A DNA stretch of 64,000 nucleotides, from NCBI GenBank assembly GCA_963815095.1, contig CAWFFH010000003.1:1088001-1152000 (forward strand), given 5' to 3'. Position 1 is the stretch's first letter. The number at the start of each line of letters is the position of its first letter. A program made the translations under genes and the position numbers. This document shows, piece after piece, positions 8,940-19,371 of this stretch. The stretch is from Candidatus Bathyarchaeota archaeon. GTDB taxonomy: Archaea > Thermoproteota > Bathyarchaeia > Bathyarchaeales > Bathycorpusculaceae. A model generated the notes under the pieces. The model searched no databases and was not told the DNA's origin. It saw only the letters and a list, made by a program, of their open reading frames with translations.

Positions 8940-10568
8940 TTATTCGGTTGGAGCTGGATTGTAGCGGGAGAGGATGCCTCTTTTTATTTTGGGTTCTCTT
9001 GGCTTCCAGGCAGCTAAACGGGCTTTGAGTTCTTTGTCGGAAAGTTCCACTTTTAGAACGCGGTTTGGAATATCAATGGTTATTATGTCACCGTTTTTTA
9101 GAACTCCAATTGGTCCGCCATCGAAGGCTTCTGGAGCAACATGCCCTATGCTGCCTCCACGAGTAGCACCTGAGAAACGTCCATCCGTGATTAATGCAAC
9201 ACTTTCGCTAAGGCCCATGCCTGCGATAGTGGCGGTTGGAAACAGCATTTCAGGCATTCCAGGTCCACCCCTCGGTCCCTCATAGCGAATGACGACAACG
9301 TCACCAGCTTTGATTTGGTTGGCGCGGATAGCTGTTAGAGCTTCTTTCTCTGAATCGTAGACTTTTGCCGGACCTGTGTGTTTTTGCATCTTTGGTGAGA
9401 CGCCTGCGGTTTTTATTACTGATCCTTTAGGTGCGAGGTTGCCGGTTAAGATGGCGATGCCACCTTCCTTATGAACGGGGTTAGTGAGGCTGTGGATTAC
9501 TTCTCTGTCAAGTACCGCTGCGTTCTTGATGTTTTCGCCGACTGTTTTTCCTGTCACAGTTAGAACTTTTAGGGTGAGCAATGTTTTGAGTTCGTTCATG
9601 ACTGCTGGAACTCCGCCTGCAGCATCTAAGTCTTCAATTGCATATGTTCCGCTTGGAATCATACTGCATAGGTGGGGAACTTTTCGGCCGATTTCATCGA
9701 ATCTTGAGAGCGGAAGGATTAAGCCTGCTTCTTTAGCGATGGCTGGCAAGTGCAGAGTAGTATTGGTTGAACCCCCAAGTGCCATATCGACTGCGATGGT
9801 GTTTTCGAAAGCTTCCTTGGTTAAGATTTGTGATGGTTTGAGGTCGTCTTTGATTAGTTTGAGGATTTGTTTGCCTGTGGCTCTGGCTAACCGCACTTTG
9901 AAAGCGCTGTTTGCAAGAGAAGTTGCGCAGTAGGGCAAAGACATACCCAACGCTTCAGTTAAGCACGCCATTGTGTTGGCGGTGAACATGCCGCTGCAGC
10001 TCCCGCATCCGGGGCAGGCGTTTTCTTCCAGCTCGCACAGTTCTCCTTGCGTCATCTTTCCAGCAGCGACCTGACCGAGTGCTTCTGGCATTGAGGAATA
10101 ACTGATTTTTTTGCCGCGGTGGTGTCCTGCCGCCATTGGTCCACCCGTAACCATGATGGCGGGGATGTTCACTCGGGCAGCTGCCATAAGCATGCCTGGA
10201 GTAATTTTGTCGCAGTTCGAAATCATAACCAATCCATCTAAACTATGAGCTTGAAGCATAATCTCTACGGAATCAGCGATTATTTCGCGTGAAGGCAAGG
10301 AGTACCTCATTCCTTCATGTCCCATGGCGATGCCATCGCAAACGGCAATCGTGCTGAATTCAAACGGTGTACCACCAGCAGCTAAGATGCCCTCTTTCAC
10401 GGCCTCCCCAATGGTTCGGAGATGAATGTGCCCGGGAACGATGTTTGTGTAACTATTAGCAATACCAATTAACGGCTTTGCTATGTCATTGTCTTCTAAA
10501 CCCAACGATTTTAGGAGCGCTCGATGAGGAGCTTTCTCAGTTCCTTTCTTAATCTGGTCACTACGCAT
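8940..10568 (-). CDS. ilvD: Dihydroxy-acid dehydratase
   Basis: [45 protein letters not shown]; start placed at MRSD after GAGG. Confidence 0.95.
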   Translation of the reverse strand: MRSDQIKKGTEKAPHRALLKSLGLEDNDIAKPLIGIANSYTNIVPGHIHLRTIGEAVKEGILAAGGTPFEFSTIAVCDGIAMGHEGMRYSLPSREIIADSVEIMLQAHSLDGLVMISNCDKITPGMLMAAARVNIPAIMVTGGPMAAGHHRGKKISYSSMPEALGQVAAGKMTQGELCELEENACPGCGSCSGMFTANTMACLTEALGMSLPYCATSLANSAFKVRLARATGKQILKLIKDDLKPSQILTKEAFENTIAVDMALGGSTNTTLHLPAIAKEAGLILPLSRFDEIGRKVPHLCSMIPSGTYAIEDLDAAGGVPAVMNELKTLLTLKVLTVTGKTVGENIKNAAVLDREVIHSLTNPVHKEGGIAILTGNLAPKGSVIKTAGVSPKMQKHTGPAKVYDSEKEALTAIRANQIKAGDVVVIRYEGPRGGPGMPEMLFPTATIAGMGLSESVALITDGRFSGATRGGSIGHVAPEAFDGGPIGVLKNGDIITIDIPNRVLKVELSDKELKARLAAWKPREPKIKRGILSRYNPAPTE

Positions 10569-10654
10569 ACATTTTGCCTCTGTGCAATCTATTGTCACCA
10601 ATAATTTTATATTTAAGCTTGACCCCTTGAAAATGAATGTGATTTAAATGGGGT

Positions 10655-12172
10655 ATTGCTTTATTCAACCACTTCCCTAAGTCTATAAAGTTTTTAGACA
10701 CTACCCTTCGTGATGGTGAACAAACACCCGGAGTCTCTCTTGTACCTGAGAATAAACTGCGTATAGCCCAGAGGCTGGATGAGCTTGGCGTCGATTTTAT
10801 CGAGGCCGGGTTCGCGGCGGTTTCGCAAGGCGAAATGGAATCTGTTGCCTTAATTGCTAAGCAGGGTCTTCGGGCGCAGGTGTTCAGTGCGGCAAGAGGT
10901 ACTAAAAACGACGTTGACGCTGTACTGAAAAGTGGAGCTTCAGGTATTGCGATGATTATTCCAACTTCCGATTTGCATATAGAGGTTAAACTGCGTAAGA
11001 CTCGTGAGCAAATCCTAACGGCAACTCATGACCTTGTAGCGTATGCTAAAGCTCATGGTTTAGCCGTTGAGCTTTTAGCTGAAGACGCAACCCGCTCAGA
11101 CTTCGAATACTTGACTAAAGTGTTTCTGACAGCAGTTGATGCTGGTGTGGATAGGGTTGTTCCATGCGACACCGTGGGGATTTTGACCCCGGAACGTGCG
11201 GCAGAGTTCTTTTCTAATCTCAAAAAAACCATAAAAGTTCCAGTTGCAGTGCATTGTCACAATGATTTTGGCATGGCAGTCGCCAACACCGTGGCTGCTT
11301 TAGGATCAGGCGCAGAGGAATGCCACTCAACTATCAACGGACTCGGCGAACGCGCAGGCAACGCAGCCTTAGAAGAAATAGTGATAACACTGAGGTCTCT
11401 CTACAAGATGGACCTGAACATCAAAACCGAACTGCTCTATGGCACATCCCAACTGGTTTCACGCCTAACAGGCGTTCATTTGCAACCCAACAAAGCCATA
11501 GTGGGAGAAAACGCCTTTACACACGAATCGGGAATCCACACTCAAGGTGTCCTCGCTAACCCGTTGACCTATGAGCCAATTGCTCCTGAACTGGTCGGGT
11601 GCCAAAGACGCATCGCAGCCGGAAAACACTCAGGTTCCAACGCTATACGCGCCGACCTCAACAATATGGGCATAAAGCCCACCGAATCACAATTCAAACA
11701 GATATTCCATCGTATAAAAGAACTCGGTGACAAGGGCAAAACCGTCATGGATGCCGATGTCCTAGCTATAGCTGAATCAGTCATGGGTTTGGGCGGAGAC
11801 AAACCGATTCAGTTGGAAGAAATGACCTACGTTGGTGGCGACAAAGTGACTTCAACCGCTTCAGTGCGCCTGAAACTTAATGGGAAAGTCGTTTGGGGCG
11901 CTGCTGTAGGTGTTGGTCCCGTGGATGCCGCCATAAATGCCGTGAAAGATGCTATTGCAGAGACTGAACCCATAACGCTGGAGCAATATAACGTTAAAGC
12001 TATTACAGGTGGAACAGACGCAATGGTTGAAGTTCTCGTTCACATGCGCAAAGGCAACCGAACAGTCACAGCATTGGGAGTCCGCGAAGACATCGTTAAA
12101 GCAAGCATGGAAGCTGTCTTAAGCGGCATGAACGTCCTAACAACCGATTACAACAACAAAAACCACCAATAG
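10655..12172 (+). CDS. cimA: (R)-citramalate synthase / LeuA-family protein with no canonical in-frame start (frame open from 10643; start coordinate is the in-frame ATT and is uncertain)
   Basis: Frame of the 10835 ORF extends upstream through [18 protein letters not shown] to TGA at 10640; SDLHI, EDATRSD, HCHNDFG resemble archaeal CimA. Confidence 0.75.
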   Translation: MALFNHFPKSIKFLDTTLRDGEQTPGVSLVPENKLRIAQRLDELGVDFIEAGFAAVSQGEMESVALIAKQGLRAQVFSAARGTKNDVDAVLKSGASGIAMIIPTSDLHIEVKLRKTREQILTATHDLVAYAKAHGLAVELLAEDATRSDFEYLTKVFLTAVDAGVDRVVPCDTVGILTPERAAEFFSNLKKTIKVPVAVHCHNDFGMAVANTVAALGSGAEECHSTINGLGERAGNAALEEIVITLRSLYKMDLNIKTELLYGTSQLVSRLTGVHLQPNKAIVGENAFTHESGIHTQGVLANPLTYEPIAPELVGCQRRIAAGKHSGSNAIRADLNNMGIKPTESQFKQIFHRIKELGDKGKTVMDADVLAIAESVMGLGGDKPIQLEEMTYVGGDKVTSTASVRLKLNGKVVWGAAVGVGPVDAAINAVKDAIAETEPITLEQYNVKAITGGTDAMVEVLVHMRKGNRTVTALGVREDIVKASMEAVLSGMNVLTTDYNNKNHQ

Positions 12173-12393
12173 CAAGCCTCCCTTTATTTTTATTCCAATT
12201 CTTACTGCAAGAGGTTAGGGTTAACTTTTTAATCTTTAACTTAATTTGGTTGTAGTAGTAGGTTGACTACCGCAAACGCTTTTAGAGCTAAAAAACGATG
12301 ATTTTAATGCGACTTGCCTTGAGTTGTAAGTCTCTTTTTAACGAAAAACACAATAATTGGTGGTTTTGTATGTTTTTGGTTGAAGGAATACAG

Positions 12394-12720
12394 ATGAAAA
12401 CTGAGTGCATATCCAAAAGGCGTCTCACGACTGCATGGAAAACATTGAGCGACAAGCCTCTGCCAAAAGTAAAAGCCTTCAGATTAAGCGACGACGACTT
12501 CAACACTGTCCTTCACCAACGTCATTGTATCGAGGATGATTTTCGAGAAATTGAGGAGTGGGGCGGGCTCCTCTCAACTAAGGGCACCGATGCCTGCGTT
12601 TTTAACGGCGACGAAAATGACGATGCAGAATTCATTATTCTGGTCAGGGAAAACTCCTATCACACTTTAGACGAAATTATCGTTCACGAATTATCACACA
12701 TCGCCCGCGGGGACCTCTAA
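12394..12720 (+). CDS. Small hypothetical protein with C-terminal HExxH motif
   Basis: EIIVHELSHIARG; purine-rich SD-like sequence before ATG 12394. Confidence 0.6.
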   Translation: MKTECISKRRLTTAWKTLSDKPLPKVKAFRLSDDDFNTVLHQRHCIEDDFREIEEWGGLLSTKGTDACVFNGDENDDAEFIILVRENSYHTLDEIIVHELSHIARGDL

Positions 12721-12721
12721 A

Positions 12722-13672
12722 CTAAAACTTGTTGGCGACGGCTTCGGCAAACAGTTTTAGCCCATCTGTGCTTGGTAAGTCTGCGAAGTACAACATAAAA
12801 TAAGTAGTGTCCAAATCGATGTAAACCTGCAGGGGATTTCGGCATTCATTTGCTGTAACAGCTAAAGTTCCCTTCATATAATCTTGCAAGCTCATGTTCG
12901 GCGGCTTTAATCTATTGATTTTTTCGTCAAGCGCGTTTTGGTTTTCAGCAATAAGTATTTGTCCGCTTGGCCAAGCAGACCGCTCAATTTCACTGAAATC
13001 TCTGCCCACCGCCATGCAATGGTTCTCTAAAACCTCAAGTTTATGTTTATACACCTCAACCGAGGGCAGGTATCCCCAGTCAAACCGGTCGGCGTATTTT
13101 GCGGTAACTTTGAGGGTGTTTTTCTCTTCACTGCCACCGACAGTTATTGGTGGGTAAGGTTTTTGTATGGGTTTAGGATCACAAACAGCATCTTTCAGAG
13201 AATAGTGTTTGCCTTGGTAGGTTGCTTCTTCCTGAGTCCAAAGCAACTTTATTAGGTCTAAAGCCTCGCCCAAACGTTCTACTCTTTCGCTGAGCTTGGG
13301 GAAACCAAACCCATAAGCCACGTGCTCGGGTTCTTGCACTCCTGCTCCAATGCCGAATTCTAACCTGCCGTTTGATAGGACGTCAAGCGTGGAGGCGGAT
13401 TTGGCGAGCAGAGGAGGGTTTCTGTGCTGGTTGCAGGAAACCATGGTTCCCAAACGTATCTTGCTAGTTAAAGTGGAGAGGGCAGATAGGGTGGTCCAGG
13501 ATTCGAGGATGGGCCAGTTATTGTACATTAAGTGGTCGTCGAGCCAGACCGAATCGTAGCCATAGCGTTCGCAATCTAAAACAATGGTTTTTAGGGTTTC
13601 AAACTGTTCGGTCGGCGTTTTGGCTTGAAATGCATAAAAAGGTAGGAATACGCCGAATTTTAGTTTGCCCAC
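12722..13672 (-). CDS. LLM-class (F420/flavin-dependent) oxidoreductase
   Basis: GYDSVWLDDH, TSKIRLGT, LDVLSNGRLEFGIGAG, PKPIQKP. Confidence 0.9.
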   Translation of the reverse strand: MGKLKFGVFLPFYAFQAKTPTEQFETLKTIVLDCERYGYDSVWLDDHLMYNNWPILESWTTLSALSTLTSKIRLGTMVSCNQHRNPPLLAKSASTLDVLSNGRLEFGIGAGVQEPEHVAYGFGFPKLSERVERLGEALDLIKLLWTQEEATYQGKHYSLKDAVCDPKPIQKPYPPITVGGSEEKNTLKVTAKYADRFDWGYLPSVEVYKHKLEVLENHCMAVGRDFSEIERSAWPSGQILIAENQNALDEKINRLKPPNMSLQDYMKGTLAVTANECRNPLQVYIDLDTTYFMLYFADLPSTDGLKLFAEAVANKF

Positions 13673-13724
13673 ATCTTTTTCCCAGCCGTAAATTTGTTAT
13701 CATAATAGTTGTGGGTTGGCGGTA

Positions 13725-15188
13725 TTAGGTTTTAGGATTTACCGGCTGATTCCTAATTTCTTTTCCTCTAAAATACGAGAGTACCGCTGCAATTACCAGT
13801 ATAACTATTGAGGCGTAGAAGGCGTTGTGTATGCCTCCTAAGAACGCAGTGCTTACGCCCCCTGATAGGCTGGAGGTTCCTATGAAGACTTCAAACGCGA
13901 CCTGTCTAGGAACTGATGCTGCTGCAACCGAGATAGCTAAAACATAGCTTCCCACCAAGCCAATGTTTTGCACAGTTCTTAGCAATCCAGAGATACTGCC
14001 AAAGGAGCCTTGTCGGGCGTTTGCCATGACCGCGCTATTGTTGGCTGGGAAGAACATCGATGTGCCTAAGCCTGAGATCGCTGAGGCGACTAGGACAATC
14101 CAAAGCGGCGAGGTAGTACTCATGGTTAGGTAAACTAATATGGCTAAAGCTAAGAAGAAAACGCCAATGGTAGCTAAGTCTCTTGAGCCGTATTTGTCGC
14201 TGAGCCTGCCCATTATTGGACCCAGAAAACTGCCCGCCACGTACCCTGGCACAAGCAAAAGTGAAGCATCTAACGGAGATAGTCCTCTTATGCCTTGCAG
14301 GTACATGATAACTAGAAATACTACGGCGAAGTAGCCTATGCTAAGAAAGAAGGCTGAGAGGATTGCGTTTCGTAGAATTTTGTTTTTGAGAGCTTCATAG
14401 TCAATCAGGGAATTTTTGAGTTGTCGGTCGTACCAGAAGAACACAGGAATCAACGCAGTACCTATAATGGCTAAGATGATGCTTGATGTGCTGATTCCTT
14501 CCGCAGCAAAGTTTACCAATCCCAAAGACAACAAGACGAGTGCTACTGCAAGTAGTCCCATACCTGGTAGGTTAAGTTTCGAAGGCGTCTTGTGCGTGTC
14601 TTTTATGTACTTGAAGCCGGCAACCGTTGCTACTACGCCTATTGGAATGTTTATGAAGAAAATGTATTGCCAACCGACGAAAGTGGTTATTATTCCTCCA
14701 AAGACTATTCCCAACATTGCTCCTGCCGTAAATCCTAAAGCGTTGTAGCCGTATGCTCTGCCTCGGACCTGAGGTGGAAACACATCAGCTATTATAGCCC
14801 CGCTTGTTGCTTGCATAATGGCGCCGCCTGCTGCTTGAACTACTCTAAACGCTATGAGCAGGTAGATGTGGGTTGAGAATCCGCAAAGGACTGAGCCAAC
14901 TGTAAAGATAATGAAGCCTGTGTTGAATATTCTGCTTCGCCCGTAAATGTCACCGATTCTGCCCATCTGCGTAGTTGCAACCGCGATTACCAACAGGTAA
15001 GCCAAGATTATCCAAATTGAAGTGGCGAGGTCGGAGTGGAGGCTGTCATTTATGGTTGGAAAAGCTAAGAGGACTATGGTGCTGTCTAAGGAACCCATTA
15101 GGGTGCCAAGCACAATGATTGTCAGTATTATTCGGCTGTGCGGTGTAGAACTTTGGTTTGGTTTGTTTTGTGCTTGTGGTTGGCTCAT
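13725..15188 (-). CDS. MFS transporter, DHA2 (14-TM) type
   Basis: LDSTIV, GRIGDIYGR, WQYIFFINIPIG, GRLSDKYG. Confidence 0.9.
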   Translation of the reverse strand: MSQPQAQNKPNQSSTPHSRIILTIIVLGTLMGSLDSTIVLLAFPTINDSLHSDLATSIWIILAYLLVIAVATTQMGRIGDIYGRSRIFNTGFIIFTVGSVLCGFSTHIYLLIAFRVVQAAGGAIMQATSGAIIADVFPPQVRGRAYGYNALGFTAGAMLGIVFGGIITTFVGWQYIFFINIPIGVVATVAGFKYIKDTHKTPSKLNLPGMGLLAVALVLLSLGLVNFAAEGISTSSIILAIIGTALIPVFFWYDRQLKNSLIDYEALKNKILRNAILSAFFLSIGYFAVVFLVIMYLQGIRGLSPLDASLLLVPGYVAGSFLGPIMGRLSDKYGSRDLATIGVFFLALAILVYLTMSTTSPLWIVLVASAISGLGTSMFFPANNSAVMANARQGSFGSISGLLRTVQNIGLVGSYVLAISVAAASVPRQVAFEVFIGTSSLSGGVSTAFLGGIHNAFYASIVILVIAAVLSYFRGKEIRNQPVNPKT

Positions 15189-15335
15189 TGGGTGCGCCTC
15201 TTTTCAAAACAGTTTGCTTTTCTCTAATTAAAGGCAATTTATTAAACCCACAGGGAACAAAATGGACGGCTTAAGCGGAAGCTGTTCTGCTTTTTGGCAA
15301 ATCTTGACTTAATGGCGGTTGCTATTATCAGCGGT

Positions 15336-15449
15336 AGAACAACAACACACTTTTTTGTAGGATTACTCAGTTGTTGTTCTTTTCTCAGATGTGCTATGAT
15401 TGAAAGAAGAAGAACGGCAATTCTGTAGGAAATGTGTCCTTCTTCTTCT
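15336..15449. repeat. Two tandem hairpins with shared loop motif TGTAGGA
   Basis: AGAACAACAAC/GTTGTTGTTCT (15336-15380) and AGAAGAAGAA/TTCTTCTTCT (15405-15449). Confidence 0.6.
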
Positions 15450-15721
15450 ATTTGAAAGAAAACAACATCTCAGACATACGTACATCTACAACGTTCAGAG
15501 CTGAAAATTTTCAATGAACTACCTTCAATCATCGTTTTTGAAATTTGCTCGCTATGAAATACTGGCTCGACAAAGTATGATGATTCAACTTTTAACTTCA
15601 TCATGATGCATTTCTACAGAAGATTAACATCGGAATCTTCAGAAATATGAATGATATGTCCAACTTTGATGGGATAAGTAATTATAATTCATAAACCTAT
15701 TTTGAAAACAAATCATTTCCC

Positions 15722-16249
15722 GTGATTGTCAAAATGCCGTCGAAACCGCCTTCTGTATACGAGCTGATGGATGAAGAAAACAGTGCACAGGTTGATGAAG
15801 AAACTGAAAAACGGCAGCGACGCAAAGAACTCCTCGAACCCACAGGCGTTAAGGAACTTTTTAAAGAAGGCAAAATAGATATCAACAAATTTACCTGTGT
15901 GGGTGGCCAATGTCGACTATGCATCAAGGCTTGCCCAACTAACGCTTTGTACTGGAGCACAAGCGGAGTTGGCGTAACCGAAGACCTCTGCGTTTACTGT
16001 GGAGCCTGCGTTTTCAACTGCATGGTGAATGACTGCATAAAAATCGAACGCAAACGCGACGACGGCACAGTGGAGCGGTTTAGCAAGCCAAACGACGTTG
16101 TCAAACTTGCAGAAAGGCTCAACAGTCGGAAACGACTTGAGCGAGTCAGAACAAACGCTGCCACGATGAGGCGTTATAAAGAAAATGATTACGTTAAGAA
16201 ATATCGGAACTTTAGGCAACTTTACACTGAACAAGAAAACAAAATTTAG
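15722..16249 (+). CDS. 2x[4Fe-4S] ferredoxin-domain protein
   Basis: CVGGQCRLCIKACP and CVYCGACVFNC. Confidence 0.85.
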   Translation: MIVKMPSKPPSVYELMDEENSAQVDEETEKRQRRKELLEPTGVKELFKEGKIDINKFTCVGGQCRLCIKACPTNALYWSTSGVGVTEDLCVYCGACVFNCMVNDCIKIERKRDDGTVERFSKPNDVVKLAERLNSRKRLERVRTNAATMRRYKENDYVKKYRNFRQLYTEQENKI

Positions 16250-16332
16250 TGAATTCTTGGCTCAGAAAGTTAAAGGCAACAGGAATGCTGATAAGCAAAA
16301 ACACATACTAACAAAAACCAGAAGGCAACTGA

Positions 16333-17355
16333 ATGAGTAAAACTTACAATATAGCTACGCTCAAAGGCGACGGCATAGGACCCGAAGTTACCGAGGCAAC
16401 GGTGCAGGTCCTTGAGGCAATCCAAGCAAAATCCACATTCAAACTAAACTTTCTCTATGGGGAAGCAGGATACCACTGCATAGCCCAACATGGAACGAAC
16501 TTACCAAAAGAAACTATCGAGTTAATCAAGAAAACCGATGCGTGCCTCAAAGGACCCATGACCACACCTGAGGAAGCGGGAGCACCTGTAAGTGTCGCGG
16601 TTACGTTGCGGCGAATGTTCAACCTTTACGCGAATGTGCGTCCCTGCAAGAGTTTTCCAAGCGTTGAATCCCTCAAACCCAACATCGACTTAATCGTTGT
16701 AAGGGAGAACACAGAAGGGTTGTATTCGGGCGCTGAATCTCTTTTGGCTCCAGGAGTTGGAGTCGCACTGAGAATAATTACGCATGATGCATCACTGAAA
16801 ATCGCCGAATTCGCCTTCAAATTGGCATCTCAACGAAGAAAACACTTAACATACGTGCACAAAGGCAACATCCTACGGATAACCGACGGTATATTCAAAG
16901 ATGCCGTCAAAGAAGCCCAACAGAAATTTCCCGATGTTGAGGTTGACGACTTGCACATTGACGCGGCAACCATGCAATTAATCAAGAAACCCGAAGTCTA
17001 CGACGTAATGGTTACTACAAACCTTTTCGGAGACATCCTCAGCGACGAAGCAGCTCAAGTTACAGGCAGTTTAGGGTTGGCTGCGGGAGCAAACATTGGA
17101 GTGTCATATGGCATGTTTGAACCAGTCCACGGCTCCGCACCCAAATATGCTGGAATGAACAGGGTTAACCCAATCGCTACTATAATGGCTGGTGCAATGA
17201 TGCTTGATTACCTCGGAGAAAAGAAAGCTGCCGCAAAAATCGAAACCGCCGTAATTGCTGTGCTAAAAGAAGGCAAAGTTCGAACAGCAGACTTGGGCGG
17301 CGCTGCAACAACCAGCGAAATGGCAAACGCAATAGTGGCGAAACTAAAAGCTTAG
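16333..17355 (+). CDS. Isocitrate/isopropylmalate dehydrogenase family protein (second paralog)
   Basis: [33 protein letters not shown]. Confidence 0.85.
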   Translation: MSKTYNIATLKGDGIGPEVTEATVQVLEAIQAKSTFKLNFLYGEAGYHCIAQHGTNLPKETIELIKKTDACLKGPMTTPEEAGAPVSVAVTLRRMFNLYANVRPCKSFPSVESLKPNIDLIVVRENTEGLYSGAESLLAPGVGVALRIITHDASLKIAEFAFKLASQRRKHLTYVHKGNILRITDGIFKDAVKEAQQKFPDVEVDDLHIDAATMQLIKKPEVYDVMVTTNLFGDILSDEAAQVTGSLGLAAGANIGVSYGMFEPVHGSAPKYAGMNRVNPIATIMAGAMMLDYLGEKKAAAKIETAVIAVLKEGKVRTADLGGAATTSEMANAIVAKLKA

Positions 17356-18507
17356 TTTAACAATTGAAACCGCAGTTGCGGAGCGGGTAGACAACTCCAG
17401 TTTACCCCCAAACCCCTTCTTCACATAAACATTTTCCAAAACCACTCTATCCCCAATTTTCAAATCCTTCAAAGATTCAGCATGTTCCCTCCAAGCTGAA
17501 ACCCGAACAACGTTGTCGTTATCTTTTAAGTCGAAAACTGCGAGTTTGACGGTTTCGCCTTTGGACGTTGTGACTTCTTTGTTTTCACGCAACGCACAAA
17601 CGACGCCTTCAAGATTAACTATTTGATCTTCGGCTAAAGCCGCAATTTTTGTAAACTGTTTTGCGGCTGTTTGAAAGTCAATAAAGGTATTTGAGTCAAC
17701 ATGAACCTCCAAACCCCCGTTCTGCCCTTCTTTCACCCTTGCGTTAACCAGTAGCAAACATGCGTTAGCTTTTAGAGTGTTTTCAAGTTCGGCAGCTTTT
17801 TCGTTCCAAAAAACTACTGTGACTTGACCTGTCTCGTCTGCTAAAGTTAATCGAGTGATCGTGCCGACACTTGTGTCGCTCTTGATGAAGGTGCTTTCGC
17901 CTAAAATCTCCTTTACTGCCCCGGAAATGTTCACGTTTCCTGACGTGATGATTAAAGTGTTGATTTTTGAAGTAAACTTTGCCAGAGAGGGATACTCGGC
18001 TGTTTTGTTATCGGGTTCTTGTTCAATTTGGCTTTTATTGCCCAGGTGTAGCTCGGTTTTTCCGTAACGGTCTTCGCGTGTGTAGCCATGAAGTAGCCTG
18101 ACCGTTTGTCCAGCTTTCAACTCTCCCCTCTCAACCAACTCTGCCTTTTCGTTCCACAATACCACCCGCAAAATTCCTTCCTTATCCAGAATCATTAAGG
18201 TAGCAAACTTGCCTGATTTTTCAGCGCCCTGAAAGGTTTTGGTCGGAAAAACCGCGATTAAACGACCTGCCACATTAACATCATATAACCCTGCAAACAA
18301 GCGGCTAGTTGAGAGTATTCCACAGTTTTGGATAGTGTTCTGTTGGACTTGGACGCCGAATTTAGCCGCAATTAACCGCAAAAGCGTTTCGTCACCCAGC
18401 AAACCACCTGTTTTGGACCTTTCAGCCTGTAGCTTTTCTAGGATTTGCTCTTGGCTGATCAAAGGTTTTTGTCGTTGGATTTCTTGAATTAGGTCTTGGG
18501 TAGTCAT
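17344..18507 (-). CDS. rpa: Replication protein A-like multi-OB-fold ssDNA-binding protein
   Basis: Three OB repeats: D-x-x-G...V.LW / DETGQVTVVFW / D...VRVSAW. Confidence 0.8.
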   Translation of the reverse strand: MTTQDLIQEIQRQKPLISQEQILEKLQAERSKTGGLLGDETLLRLIAAKFGVQVQQNTIQNCGILSTSRLFAGLYDVNVAGRLIAVFPTKTFQGAEKSGKFATLMILDKEGILRVVLWNEKAELVERGELKAGQTVRLLHGYTREDRYGKTELHLGNKSQIEQEPDNKTAEYPSLAKFTSKINTLIITSGNVNISGAVKEILGESTFIKSDTSVGTITRLTLADETGQVTVVFWNEKAAELENTLKANACLLLVNARVKEGQNGGLEVHVDSNTFIDFQTAAKQFTKIAALAEDQIVNLEGVVCALRENKEVTTSKGETVKLAVFDLKDNDNVVRVSAWREHAESLKDLKIGDRVVLENVYVKKGFGGKLELSTRSATAVSIVKLSF

Positions 18508-18626
18508 TTTGCGCCGACACGATAAAGAAGTGTTGGGGCTTTTAATTTTTTGCATTTCTGAAGGTTTGTTCTTTATGTTTATTAAAACGCTGGTTCATTG
18601 TTAGTTTGGTCGCTGGAGGCTAATGC

Positions 18627-18887
18627 GTGGATCTTGCGGTTTTTTATGCACTTGGCATAGCATTGATCGTTGTCGGAATCATTCTTGCTGTTACAGCGAT
18701 TGTATTAGCTTCCATGAGTGGTGAAAAGAAAGGTAAGGTGCGAACTGCAGGAGTAATTATGATCGGGCCAATTCCAATAATTTTTGGAACCGACAAAAAA
18801 TCAGTTAAGACCGTTTTGACGCTTGCTTTAGTTCTGACTATTGTTGTCTTAATAATAATTATTGTGGACTATTGGTTGGCGAGGTAA
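18627..18887 (+). CDS. DUF131 (TIGR00304-like) membrane protein
   Basis: AGVIMIGPIPIIFGTD between two TM helices. Confidence 0.8.
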   Translation: MDLAVFYALGIALIVVGIILAVTAIVLASMSGEKKGKVRTAGVIMIGPIPIIFGTDKKSVKTVLTLALVLTIVVLIIIIVDYWLAR

Positions 18888-18893
18888 CTTGGC

Positions 18894-19190
18894 ATGTTAA
18901 AAAATGAGGACTCGGAGGACGAAGGCATCGGATTATCTGGCAGGCTGCTGGGTTTACTGCTCTTAGGAATTACGTTGATTTTTGTTGGAATAGCAGTTTT
19001 CGTAGTTGCCTCAGTTGTTTTAGGCAACTCAGGAAATGTTGGCGGCGTAATTTTGATAGGACCAATTCCCATAGTTTTTGGGGCTGGAACTTTTTCAATC
19101 TGGCTAATAGTTGTGAGCGTAATTTTGACTGTGGTGAGTATAATCTTGTTTTTGATTATGAACAGGCGCAGTAAAAGGTTTAGCATTTAA
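18894..19190 (+). CDS. DUF131-like membrane protein (tandem paralog)
   Basis: GGVILIGPIPIVFG. Confidence 0.75.
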   Translation: MLKNEDSEDEGIGLSGRLLGLLLLGITLIFVGIAVFVVASVVLGNSGNVGGVILIGPIPIVFGAGTFSIWLIVVSVILTVVSIILFLIMNRRSKRFSI

Positions 19191-19203
19191 AAAGAGATTT
19201 TTA

Positions 19204-19323
19204 CTAGTTAGTTTGCTCTTCATCTTTGCTGTAGTAAGCATAGAGGAAGATGAGTAGTAGAGCAACAAACACTGAGGCCATTAAGAGGTACTGTAAGGTT
19301 TGGAAGTATGCGCCTAGATCCAT
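19204..19323 (-). CDS. 39-aa single-TM small protein (not in ORF track)
   Basis: MDLGAYFQTLQYLLMASVFVALLLIFLYAYYSKDEEQTN*; AAGGAG SD upstream. Confidence 0.6.
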   Translation of the reverse strand: MDLGAYFQTLQYLLMASVFVALLLIFLYAYYSKDEEQTN

Positions 19324-19371
19324 GCGAAGGTTCTCCTTGTGTATTTACCTATTGTTGTAGCGTCTACATAT

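Noticed and set aside
15570-15670. ATGATGA motifs as a C/D box sRNA
   Set aside because: I could not find properly spaced CTGA D and D' boxes.
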